In this document: positions 17,691 through 26,438 of the stretch, in pieces
Layout: each line of letters starts with the position of its first letter
Position numbering within the stretch: position 1 is the first letter of the stretch
Virus record (IMG/VR): IMGVR_UViG_3300028601_000022
Coordinates: 78,807-142,806 of that record
Strand: one strand, 5' to 3'
Length of the DNA stretch: 64,000 nucleotides
Source: a virus
Lineage: Duplodnaviria; Caudoviricetes
Program-made: the position numbers and the translations under genes
Notes under the pieces: model-generated
Database searches by the model: none
Told to the model about the DNA's origin: nothing
Seen by the model: the letters and a program-made list of their open reading frames with translations, nothing else

Positions 17691-19216
17691 ATCCATTAAG
17701 AGAATGGGCCCAGCACAACCTGATACGGGCCCTAACTGCTCCTCGAAATAAGGAAATCAGCAGAAAGATTCTGCCTGAAATCCGAAAGAAGTGGTTCGTG
17801 TCTCCCAGATACAGGAAGGCCTTCGTTGTCCTAAAGAAGGAGTTTGCTGAAACAGGGAAGTTCCCCTCGTGGAAATCCCTCATGTCGAACCCCTCCCTTC
17901 CGCCTGAGGATTCTAAGTACCTTCGTACAAAGGAAATAAAAAGAAAGAACAACGAGAAGGACGATGTAACTCTCCGCATTCCGGTAACAGAGCAGGACTA
18001 CAGCGGTCTTACCGCGCGTATGCGGTTTGACTCGCAGCATGTAGCCCTCATAAACATGCACAACAAGGTTTCAAGTGCCCTCGATGACGATAACCTTACG
18101 CCGGAAGGTCTAGAGGCTATAACAAGGATTATCCAGGGCACGACTGCTACCGTAAGCGACTTCAATAACACCAAAGGTGAGCATGTTTCCCTTGACAGGA
18201 AGTCTGCAAAGACTTACCTTAAGAAGGCCTACAAGAACCTGCAAAATCGGTTTTTTATACCGACAGGCTTTAAAGCATTCGACAATGTCAACGTAGGTAT
18301 CCCTAGCTCGGCGCTGTTTGTTATCCTTGGAAAGACAGGCGCTGGTAAGTCCTCCTTGGCTTTGAACATTTGCATGAATGGTGCCCGTGCAGGGGCTAGG
18401 GTATGCTTTGTTCCGTTGGAAATGTCGATTGACGAAATGCTGCTTAAGGTTGGTTCACGGCTTCTAATGCAGCCTCTTGCCGAACTGATGCAGGACTTCA
18501 AGAAGTCCTTCCGCAAGATATTCAAAGTCACTGACCAGTATCTCAAGGACATACAACTGCAAGGTGATGCCTGCTTTGACTTTTATGTGCCGGAGCAGGG
18601 CGACACAGTGCAGGATGTGCTTGACTTCCTTCAGCCCCATGGGTACGACATTGTTTGCTTGGACTACCCTAAGCTTCTGTCTTCTGGCAAGGATGAAGAA
18701 TGGAAGGCTCTGGATAAGGGGGCAGCCTATGCGAAACGCTGGTCAGCCCGTAATCTTACCTATGTCATGTGGCTTGCCCAGATGGATGATTCTACCGAAA
18801 GTATTCGATACTGTAAGGCCGTGTTGGAGCATGCTTCCAACTCATGGGCAATCTCTGGTGACGTGGAAGAGAACAGAGAGTCTGGTCAAGTGCTTATAAA
18901 GCAGCGAAAGGCCAGAAGCCAGGTACCAATGTCCTTCCCCCTCAAGGCCGACCTTGCATGCTCCTATTTTGGTGATATGGATGAGGACGCTTTAGGTATC
19001 GGTGATGAAGGAATAGGGGACGAAAAGTACAAAAAGAAAAAGAAGAAAAAACGCAAAGACGATGAAATCGAGGACGATGAAGTCACAACGACAAAGAAGA
19101 ACCAGGACAAAACAAGGGTGCGCCGTGAAAAGGGCCGCGTTCGTATGCAAGTAGGTCCTGGTCTTGATGATATTAGCTCCAAGAATGACGTGTTCTTGGA
19201 TGTTCCTGAGGAGTAG
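17687..19216 (+). CDS. dnaB: replicative DnaB-like helicase
   Basis: IPTGF..FD, GKTGAGKS, LEMS, LDY, LAQ, KAR. Confidence 0.88.
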   Translation: MNPLREWAQHNLIRALTAPRNKEISRKILPEIRKKWFVSPRYRKAFVVLKKEFAETGKFPSWKSLMSNPSLPPEDSKYLRTKEIKRKNNEKDDVTLRIPVTEQDYSGLTARMRFDSQHVALINMHNKVSSALDDDNLTPEGLEAITRIIQGTTATVSDFNNTKGEHVSLDRKSAKTYLKKAYKNLQNRFFIPTGFKAFDNVNVGIPSSALFVILGKTGAGKSSLALNICMNGARAGARVCFVPLEMSIDEMLLKVGSRLLMQPLAELMQDFKKSFRKIFKVTDQYLKDIQLQGDACFDFYVPEQGDTVQDVLDFLQPHGYDIVCLDYPKLLSSGKDEEWKALDKGAAYAKRWSARNLTYVMWLAQMDDSTESIRYCKAVLEHASNSWAISGDVEENRESGQVLIKQRKARSQVPMSFPLKADLACSYFGDMDEDALGIGDEGIGDEKYKKKKKKKRKDDEIEDDEVTTTKKNQDKTRVRREKGRVRMQVGPGLDDISSKNDVFLDVPEE

Positions 19217-19219
19217 ACG

Positions 19220-19738
19220 ATGGATCCTAAAGAAGAAGGACTTGCTTCCTGCCCTGGCGTTGAAGAACCTGCAAGTACAGATACCAACGTGAGCGGCATG
19301 CCTGCAGGCCTTACTTTCAGGGAATACATGGAGCGCCATGTTACTGCGTGTAAGCGCACAGGTAATGTTACAGAACGGATGATTGCCCTCACGTTCGATA
19401 ACCCGCAAAGTAATGTCACTTTGACCATGACTTCTATGGGCATGACAACGGAGCTTTCGGAAATTATCGACATTATCCAGAAGAAGGTGTTCTACGGAAT
19501 CCCGATGGACATCCCTTCTCTCCTGGAAGAACTCGGTGATTTTACATACTATTGGGACTTGCTCCTTGACCATCTGCGCAGGGAACTCTGCTGCGATGCA
19601 ATCAACGACATTACCATCCGCGACTTGAACCGGAAGAAGCTGCAAATACGCTACCCTGACGGTTACAGCAACAAGCGCGCCCTGGAAAAAGACAAAGCGG
19701 CAGAGCGCGCCGTTTTTGAAAATCCTGAACTGTACTAA
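19220..19738 (+). CDS. MazG-like NTP pyrophosphohydrolase
   Basis: GMTTELSEIID, EELGD, N..KL..RYPDG. Confidence 0.85.
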   Translation: MDPKEEGLASCPGVEEPASTDTNVSGMPAGLTFREYMERHVTACKRTGNVTERMIALTFDNPQSNVTLTMTSMGMTTELSEIIDIIQKKVFYGIPMDIPSLLEELGDFTYYWDLLLDHLRRELCCDAINDITIRDLNRKKLQIRYPDGYSNKRALEKDKAAERAVFENPELY

Positions 19739-19755
19739 CCGCCCTCGGAGGCTGT

Positions 19756-20592
19756 ATGAAAGACGTTCTTTTCCCTATCGTTCCTCTCTGCGAGAAGCAA
19801 CTCCGCGACGTCCGTGAAGAAGACCGGGTTTTCGTCAACGGCGTACCTCTTGCCCGCACTTGCCGCATTGATAAGGCTGGCGGCGGATATGACCAGTTTC
19901 GTGACATTTTCCTTGCGCGCTTTGGCATTGATACTGGCCCTGACCACTTCATTGCCCAGCTTTATGGCTGCACCCACGAATGCCCTTGGTGCTACATCAC
20001 TATAGACGGCGTTTGGGGTGATGCTGTCCAGCTTAAGGCTCGCGAGATTGTAAACCTCGTGCATTACGTCAATGAAAAGCGCCGGGCCGCGGTCTCCGTG
20101 TACGACGCACGAACAGGCACTATTCAGGACGCCCAACCACAGATTCAGGTACTACATCTTATGGGAGGTGCCCCTGCACTGTACCTCAACTCCTGGCCTG
20201 CCCTGTATCACGAAACCCTCAAAGCCGACCTTGTATTTCACAGCGACTTTCTGCTGGACGAAGGGCTGTACAATATCCACGTTCTTGAATGCCTGGCTGG
20301 CCTGTACAAAGAGTATCAGGAACGCGGTGCTAGCCACGGCTATTATACTCCCTGCAACTCCGGCCAGCTTCATGCGGTTTCATTCAAGCCCGGTGCGCCT
20401 CTTTCGCGTCTGCAACTTGCCAATCTCAAGGCTCTTCATGCAAGCGGTCTTCCGTTCTACATTACTTTCACCGGCATGCAGGAAGAAGAGATTCAGGCGC
20501 GCAAGGCGCAGGTTATTGCAGCAGGCATCACCGAAGAGGTGTTCAACGACAGCTTCTCCATCAGCCTCAAGCACTACAAGTCCTTGGATTAG
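19756..20592 (+). CDS. radical SAM protein of a distinct family; possible QueE surrogate
   Basis: QLYGCTHECPWCY, HLMGGAP, VSFK; lacks the CGH/CxxC tail of the paralog family. Confidence 0.7.
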   Translation: MKDVLFPIVPLCEKQLRDVREEDRVFVNGVPLARTCRIDKAGGGYDQFRDIFLARFGIDTGPDHFIAQLYGCTHECPWCYITIDGVWGDAVQLKAREIVNLVHYVNEKRRAAVSVYDARTGTIQDAQPQIQVLHLMGGAPALYLNSWPALYHETLKADLVFHSDFLLDEGLYNIHVLECLAGLYKEYQERGASHGYYTPCNSGQLHAVSFKPGAPLSRLQLANLKALHASGLPFYITFTGMQEEEIQARKAQVIAAGITEEVFNDSFSISLKHYKSLD

Positions 20593-20597
20593 GGAGC

Positions 20598-21134
20598 TTG
20601 CATATGCCATCCTGCCCCTCTAAGTCAAGCTTGCATCTTGAAGGACCTTGCCCTAATACCCGATGCTACAACTACGTTCCGACTCTTGACTACTGCTGCC
20701 TTCCTTTGCATGGCAGTATCTACGGGAAGAGCCCGTCGGACATTCTGGCCAGCCTCTACGGGAAGTCCTACAAAATGACGGTAGCGCTTTCCATAAAAGC
20801 TTCCAGAATAGCTTATGCACTTAAGGGGTTGGAGCACCGGCCAAGCCGTGATATTTCTCCTTTTGAAGGAACTTGGTGTTCTCGCGTTGTTAGCGCAGGC
20901 CCCGTAGACCCTCGCCTGCACTGGACGGAGTTTACAAAGCAGAATGAAGGTAAGAAATTTACCGACAGAATGCTCCAAGTTCTCAATACAATGGAAGTAC
21001 ATGAGTATTCCCTTGCTGAGGTACTGAAGTCCTACAAATCAACCTTTAGCACTCTTGACTTTGCAGCGTTCGCTTTGCAGGACACCGATGCGGAGTCTGT
21101 GGAGCAATTGATAAGGAGCCTACGATGGACCTGA
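20598..21134 (+). CDS. hypothetical protein, Cys-rich N-terminus
   Basis: CP...CPNTRC...CC; operon spacing. Confidence 0.55.
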   Translation: MHMPSCPSKSSLHLEGPCPNTRCYNYVPTLDYCCLPLHGSIYGKSPSDILASLYGKSYKMTVALSIKASRIAYALKGLEHRPSRDISPFEGTWCSRVVSAGPVDPRLHWTEFTKQNEGKKFTDRMLQVLNTMEVHEYSLAEVLKSYKSTFSTLDFAAFALQDTDAESVEQLIRSLRWT

Positions 21135-21541
21135 AAAAGTTTGTTCACTGCCCTAAAGTCGGCTGCAATAAGCCTCTGCGCGGTTCTTGGAGCGACTACC
21201 TTACAGGCGAGAACCACCCTAAGACGGGTCTCCCTGTGTATCAGTGCCCTCATTGCCATATGAAGTTCACTGCGGATTCCTTCAAGGTGAACGCAGTGCC
21301 TGTTACCTCGGACGACAAGGATGTTGTCCTCTACGATGTATTTGCCAGGCGCGTCATTGACATTATTCCGGCGCGCTTGAAGTTTACCGACGGCAAGTTC
21401 CACTACGTCCATATTCCCATGAATATGTGCATTCAGGAAAACCTGCGCTGCTTCTCCTTTTCGGTAAAGGGCCTCGAACCCAACGAGATTGAAGCCCTGT
21501 GCGCGGAAGCCGTTAATGCAAAGTTGGAGGTACTACGATGA
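21125..21541 (+). CDS. zinc-ribbon hypothetical protein
   Basis: CPKVGC...CPHC; AAGGAG RBS. Confidence 0.6.
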   Translation: MDLKKFVHCPKVGCNKPLRGSWSDYLTGENHPKTGLPVYQCPHCHMKFTADSFKVNAVPVTSDDKDVVLYDVFARRVIDIIPARLKFTDGKFHYVHIPMNMCIQENLRCFSFSVKGLEPNEIEALCAEAVNAKLEVLR

Positions 21542-22212
21542 CCGCAGAACTTACCGGCGGCCTGAACTCCAATTCCATAGTCTATACAAAAACCCTTCTT
21601 GATGACCTTGGCATCTACCTCAATCGTCGGCAGCGGGCTTCCGAAGTCTACCCCAAGTTCTGTGCCCGGTATGGAGTGGATGGCATAGTAGCCGCTATGG
21701 CTCCGTTTGAAGAACTCCGCACTTCCGTTGCCCTTGATACCAAGGCCTACTCGGATGCCGTTGACTACGTAGGGGCATTTCAGGATATAAGTGGTAGGAC
21801 AGAAACGGCCTTTGCAAACTATACCCACAGCAACGTGGCCCTGGAATACGTTTCCAAGGCTTTCAAGTCCTTGCAGGCACTGTTTGAGGAAAGGAACAAT
21901 CTCGTAAAGGAATTCCTTAGCAAGATTGCTTGCCACCTGGAATACTACCCCACTATTCAGGACAACATCGACACCCTCAATACAATTTTGTCTAGGAATG
22001 ACCAGAAGGACACCTATGCCCTTATATGTGTCCTGGAACTTTCCAAGTCCCGAGACCGGGGCCTGGGTGTTGCAACGCAGCAGTCTATCTTCCATCTTAC
22101 CCAGACCGATGAAAGCATGAAGTCGGTATTCACGCGATTCCGTTGGCTGATGCTCCAGGAGCTTGGGTATATGGAAACCTTTGACTTTCTGTGTTCCCGG
22201 GTAGAGGCGTAA
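21538..22212 (+). CDS. hypothetical protein
   Basis: GGAGG RBS, ATGA overlap. Confidence 0.65.
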   Translation: MTAELTGGLNSNSIVYTKTLLDDLGIYLNRRQRASEVYPKFCARYGVDGIVAAMAPFEELRTSVALDTKAYSDAVDYVGAFQDISGRTETAFANYTHSNVALEYVSKAFKSLQALFEERNNLVKEFLSKIACHLEYYPTIQDNIDTLNTILSRNDQKDTYALICVLELSKSRDRGLGVATQQSIFHLTQTDESMKSVFTRFRWLMLQELGYMETFDFLCSRVEA

Positions 22213-22218
22213 TCCATC

Positions 22219-22377
22219 ATGTATGCTTGCCAAGAATGTGGTGGCTCACTTATAAACATGGGTCATTGTTTTCTATGCGAGTGCTGTGGCTGGTATGAAC
22301 GGAGGTATTGGTGGTATGCCAAAAGAGGGTACAAAAGAAGGGATGTACGAGATACACGTCACGGTTGCCTGGGTTGA
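22219..22377 (+). CDS. possible 52-aa zinc-ribbon peptide (MYACQECGGSLINMGHCFLCECCGW...)
   Basis: translated by hand; CxxC...CxxC; GAGG upstream. Confidence 0.45.
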   Translation: MYACQECGGSLINMGHCFLCECCGWYERRYWWYAKRGYKRRDVRDTRHGCLG

Positions 22378-22558
22378 CGTGTATATGAGGCAACAGGTTA
22401 TCAAGGATATCATTTACAGCAAAACACCTAGCGTTACCGATAGTGACCTTGATGACCTGCAAAGCACTTCTGGTTGCGGCAGGGAGCCTAGTATTATCGA
22501 CGTTGTGGTAAAAGGAAAGTGGGAAAAGGGTGAGTTAAAGCCCTACTTGCCTACTTAG
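22343..22558 (+). CDS. hypothetical protein
   Basis: in-frame ATG within listed ORF 22286-22558. Confidence 0.4.
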   Translation: MYEIHVTVAWVDVYMRQQVIKDIIYSKTPSVTDSDLDDLQSTSGCGREPSIIDVVVKGKWEKGELKPYLPT

Positions 22559-22589
22559 GTGAATTGAGCTTCGGCTCGGAAGTTGTGGT

Positions 22590-22690
22590 AAAAGAAGCGC
22601 CTACAAGTACCCTGTGGTGTCACGGGAGTATCTGTAGGCGCTTCTTTTTGGGCTATTTTCAGCAATGCGTGTCAATACACGTCTTTTCTA
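22590..22690 (+). repeat. dispersed intergenic hairpin element, copy A (likely bidirectional terminator)
   Basis: 16-bp stem AAAAGAAGCGCCTACA/TGTAGGCGCTTCTTTT between convergent genes; 3' tail near-identical to 45688-45733. Confidence 0.85.
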
Positions 22691-24034
22691 TTCCTCGTCA
22701 AGAATCGTCCTAAACTGCGTTTCTGCACAAGCCGTAGCCAACTTATCCTGTACGGACGGAGATTCAAATTCGGCTGCAACGGTTTCGAGACCTGCAAAAA
22801 TTTCATCAACGGATTCGGTTATTGTATCCGTTTCCTTCTCAAGGTTAGTCTGGAGTTCGGTGAGGGCAGTATTTGCAACAACAGTCATACCCTCGATGGT
22901 CTCCAGTGTAGTATCCAGAAGAGAGGCTTCGGCTATATCCAGGTCAGCAATAATCTTGTTCAGGAGCTCCAGCACCCGTTCAAGTGCCTCTCTATACCGA
23001 ATGTCGTCAGGAGTGCTACTGCTATCGTGGTCAATACTGTCCTGAATAAGAGCAATTACTTCCAGCCTTGCCTGCTCTGCGGAAGCCAGTGCTGCCTGTA
23101 TGCGCTCAAGAACTTCCACCCTTAGGTAGTTTCCTTCGGCGTAGAATCCACGGTTAGCTGCTATGCTATCCTTGGACTCATTTATTGCAGTACCGTATTC
23201 CCTCTTTAAAGTCACCATGTCATGCTTGGCTAGCTTTCTGCTATTGGTAGTGACCCTTGAAATGGCGCCAGGGGAACTTGTTTGGGAAGAACTGGAGGAA
23301 CTAGAGCCTGACGAATTGGACAGTAGGCTAGCTCCCACTACACCGATAGCCGCGCATGCCGCTACGTCGCGCAGAATCTTGTTTACGGCGGCAACAATGG
23401 TAGAAGACTTTCCGAGGATGGAGCGGAGTTCTTTTATTACATCCTTCACATTCTGAGGGCAGTCAGGTAGGACTTCCATTGCTGCACTTACCGCTCTTTG
23501 CACAAGCTCTACTGTCTGCCTTCGGATGCTATCAATCTTTGCCAGCATGGTTCGCTGCATACGCAAGGCAGACGCTGCCAACTTTGCTATGCAGCCCTGA
23601 AGGAGGGCTGCTATAAGAATACATGCGGCCATAAGGGCGAGGGCTATGACGCCGTTTGTTCCTGATACAGCACCCTTAGCCGCCTCGAATGCCTGCGTAT
23701 AGTTGGAAGAAATACCTGTTATTGAACCAGCTAGACCTGACATTCTCTGGCTTGTTCTTGCCGGCCCGTACCGCACCGCTGTTCCAAGACCGCTGCCCAG
23801 CAGGCTGTTATTCGAGTTGAGAGAGGTCTCAACGTCACTAAGTGGACTTCGTGTAAGCGTATCCACTCCAGTCCGGGCATTCTGCAAGGAAGTCTGCGCT
23901 AGACCACCAAGCATTCCCAGAGAATCAACGGAACCCTGCATGGGCTGTAGACCTCTTAGGTATGTATCAGCTACTGGGCTACCAGAAAGACCTGGCGTTG
24001 TAGTAGTTGTTGGTATAGAAACTCTTGTTCCCAT
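22688..24034 (-). CDS. hypothetical tail/baseplate-region protein (coiled-coil, hydrophobic segment)
   Basis: GGAGG RBS before ATG 24034; Ser/Ala/Gly-rich; downstream of baseplate genes. Confidence 0.6.
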   Translation of the reverse strand: MGTRVSIPTTTTTPGLSGSPVADTYLRGLQPMQGSVDSLGMLGGLAQTSLQNARTGVDTLTRSPLSDVETSLNSNNSLLGSGLGTAVRYGPARTSQRMSGLAGSITGISSNYTQAFEAAKGAVSGTNGVIALALMAACILIAALLQGCIAKLAASALRMQRTMLAKIDSIRRQTVELVQRAVSAAMEVLPDCPQNVKDVIKELRSILGKSSTIVAAVNKILRDVAACAAIGVVGASLLSNSSGSSSSSSSQTSSPGAISRVTTNSRKLAKHDMVTLKREYGTAINESKDSIAANRGFYAEGNYLRVEVLERIQAALASAEQARLEVIALIQDSIDHDSSSTPDDIRYREALERVLELLNKIIADLDIAEASLLDTTLETIEGMTVVANTALTELQTNLEKETDTITESVDEIFAGLETVAAEFESPSVQDKLATACAETQFRTILDEE

Positions 24035-24057
24035 AATTCCTCCTGCATATGCAGAAA

Positions 24058-24103
24058 ATAAAAAACCCCCGCTACGCAAGTGTCCGGCAAGCGCAGCGGG
24101 GGT
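24058..24103 (-). terminator. intrinsic terminator
   Basis: ACCCCCGCTGCGC...GCGTAGCGGGGG followed by a T-run on the minus strand. Confidence 0.65.
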
Positions 24104-24184
24104 GACCCAGGGGAGGGAGTAGGGCTTGGAAACATCCTGGCGAGAGATGGGGCTTTGGCGTACCCGCTGTTTCCAAACAAAGCT

Positions 24185-25336
24185 TTACTGCTGCATGCCA
24201 CTATCGCGTGTTGCTTGAAAAGACATTTTTGCCATGCCATCGGAAATGCCACGAACCACTTTACCAATGAGATACTTGCCTGAGGAATCTTGGTTCATTC
24301 TGCTGCTAGTGGAAGAGGTATCGTGGACTTTCACCACATCACACACTTTCACATCTTTATCCATAGCACTTGTGGTTATTTCAAATACTTCCATGGACAA
24401 AAGCATTTGACCGTAGTCATAGTTTACTTCCGCTTTGCAGAATCCAGCATCTTCATTGCTACCAGAGAAATACACCGGGGCCAAAGTACGGCGTTGCACG
24501 TTTCCTGTTTCAGGCGGCCTCTTACCTGTAAGTCCAAGGTCAATATCAACAGAATAGTTCGTGCGGATACCGTGCTCGGCAGATACAATAGGTAAGTCCA
24601 GACCATACCCGCCAAAGGTATTGAGAGCACCTGAGCGTGACTTTACAGTAGGGACAGAAATTAAGGGTATGCCCGTTGAACCAGAACCACCTACTACCCA
24701 GGTTTCCTTGCCACTGCACTCTTTGGCGGTGTCAATGATGATATACTCACCATTCATGGTGATACCGACAGTAACAAAGGACTTGTCAATGTAACTGTGG
24801 CGTACCACATGGTCCATAAACTTCTTATACGATTGGTTCCCTTGATACCAAGCATGGTTACCGGAGGACTTTGCTTTGTTAGTAACCCTGCTGAAAAACT
24901 TCTTAGCGCAGGCTTCAAGGCACTCTGTACCGGTGCAAGGGCCAAGGGTTTGAATATACGGCGTTTGGCACATTACTGTGGCATTGTTGTCACCAACATA
25001 CACGCCTTGTGCGCTGTACCTAAACCGGCCGTTTCCTACGTCAGTAACATCCTTTGCGAGGATGGCAACGCGGGAATCAATAATCTTCCTTGAAGAAGTT
25101 CCTGCCGACATGGACAGTTTCAGGTGAGAGTTCTCGTTCCAATACCTTTTCCAGGCTTCGGTTGCAGAGAACTCAATGGAGAACGTAGGGAGGTTGTTCC
25201 CTGTCTCCTCTATCATGTAGAACTGGTGCATATCGGCCGGGGCGATACCGCTTAGTCTGCGCGACTCTACCTCGCTCCCTTTGTAGATAAGACCAATCCC
25301 CAACTTCCACTGGTGCTCAATGCCAAGAGTAATCAT
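24185..25336 (-). CDS. putative baseplate hub protein (gp27/late-control-D-like)
   Basis: about 380 aa beta-rich, W.Q.NQS...F, C-terminal SGKYLI.KV; context. Confidence 0.6.
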   Translation of the reverse strand: MITLGIEHQWKLGIGLIYKGSEVESRRLSGIAPADMHQFYMIEETGNNLPTFSIEFSATEAWKRYWNENSHLKLSMSAGTSSRKIIDSRVAILAKDVTDVGNGRFRYSAQGVYVGDNNATVMCQTPYIQTLGPCTGTECLEACAKKFFSRVTNKAKSSGNHAWYQGNQSYKKFMDHVVRHSYIDKSFVTVGITMNGEYIIIDTAKECSGKETWVVGGSGSTGIPLISVPTVKSRSGALNTFGGYGLDLPIVSAEHGIRTNYSVDIDLGLTGKRPPETGNVQRRTLAPVYFSGSNEDAGFCKAEVNYDYGQMLLSMEVFEITTSAMDKDVKVCDVVKVHDTSSTSSRMNQDSSGKYLIGKVVRGISDGMAKMSFQATRDSGMQQ

Positions 25337-25338
25337 AC

Positions 25339-25668
25339 CTACCTCACCGTGGTGTCAAAAAGAATGGCTTCCATTGAGGACAATGAGGGGTAGGACAGCG
25401 TGATACCAGGAACTACCTCGGTATAGGAGTTTAGGTTATTGTATAGCATGAGCATAAGTTTGTACTGCTCACTGCCGTAAATTTTATAGGAGATAAGGTC
25501 AGGACGAAAGCGTTCGGTAGTAACCGAATACGTCCCGGCTACCGGTAGTTGAAGCAGCTTTTCAACGAATACCGAAGTAAGAATATCGTAGAACCCCTCG
25601 TTGAACTCAAGTATCTTACCAAGGTCAAAGACCGGTTCTGCATTGAATGAGGTATTAGGAGCAAACAT
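25339..25668 (-). CDS. baseplate wedge protein, gp53/LysM-like
   Basis: RPDLISYKIYGS...LMLYN...PG..L.YP. Confidence 0.8.
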   Translation of the reverse strand: MFAPNTSFNAEPVFDLGKILEFNEGFYDILTSVFVEKLLQLPVAGTYSVTTERFRPDLISYKIYGSEQYKLMLMLYNNLNSYTEVVPGITLSYPSLSSMEAILFDTTVR

Positions 25669-25676
25669 ATGCCCTC

Positions 25677-26426
25677 CTAGGACATGCCAAGAAACATGCG
25701 CTTGTATTCCGCAGCTTTCAGGTCACGGTAGGTAGTAAAGGTAACTGTTCCTGTAACATACAGGGGATTACCAAGCTTCGTGGTTTCTTTCGAGGCTTCA
25801 AATGAAGATACTTCAGGTAGAAGGCCGTGAGCTTCAAACCAGTTACCTATGCGAACGGAGCAGGTACCCTGAATATTGCCACCGTAACCGAAGCCGTCAT
25901 TTACTATGTTCTCCAGCACCCTAGCTGGGCTGTATCCGTTAGGTGCCCAAAAGAAGAGGTCTCTATCCGATTGCGTTCCAGCAAACGGCTTACCTGGCAT
26001 GCTTAGTGCAAGCAACTTAGCCATGTCATCTTGTGGTCTATCTTCAGGCTTCAAGGCCACAAATAGAAGCTGCAGTGGAGGGAGCTGCATCTGGGAACCA
26101 TCCCACTTCTTAACAGAACCGGCTACTGTCTTTCCCTTACCTGTAAGAGAAGCCATCGCATTGACGCTTTCTATCACGCCAAGAGCGGCAGCTACACCAG
26201 CTCCTACCCTACCAGGAAGCGCCTCAATGAGCCTGTTTGCAATGTTACTGGCTGCCGCACCGAACATATCAGCAACTTCGGTGTATGCAGCACTGGTCGA
26301 GAAAGAGTAGGTGTCTGCCGTAGCAAATCCTACCAGTGGACGTGAACCCTCGGCATCATTTATGCCTATTGTAATACGGGTATTCTCGCAGTCCATGATT
26401 TTCTGAATTTCCCACAACGCATCCAT
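25677..26426 (-). CDS. putative baseplate/tail-tube initiator protein
   Basis: C-terminal V.IG.WF...G.PLYV..TVTF pattern; position between tail hydrolase and gp53-like. Confidence 0.5.
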   Translation of the reverse strand: MDALWEIQKIMDCENTRITIGINDAEGSRPLVGFATADTYSFSTSAAYTEVADMFGAAASNIANRLIEALPGRVGAGVAAALGVIESVNAMASLTGKGKTVAGSVKKWDGSQMQLPPLQLLFVALKPEDRPQDDMAKLLALSMPGKPFAGTQSDRDLFFWAPNGYSPARVLENIVNDGFGYGGNIQGTCSVRIGNWFEAHGLLPEVSSFEASKETTKLGNPLYVTGTVTFTTYRDLKAAEYKRMFLGMS

Positions 26427-26438
26427 ATATGTTTCCCC

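Noticed and set aside
19756-20592. Firm queE assignment
   Set aside because: Only generic rSAM motifs match (GGAP instead of GGEP, no CDT); kept as a candidate only.
23270-23325. Ser tract SNSSGSSSSSSSQTSS (and the Gly/Ser tract near 28240-28300)
   Set aside because: Internal, with no periodic Cys; most simply flexible linkers.
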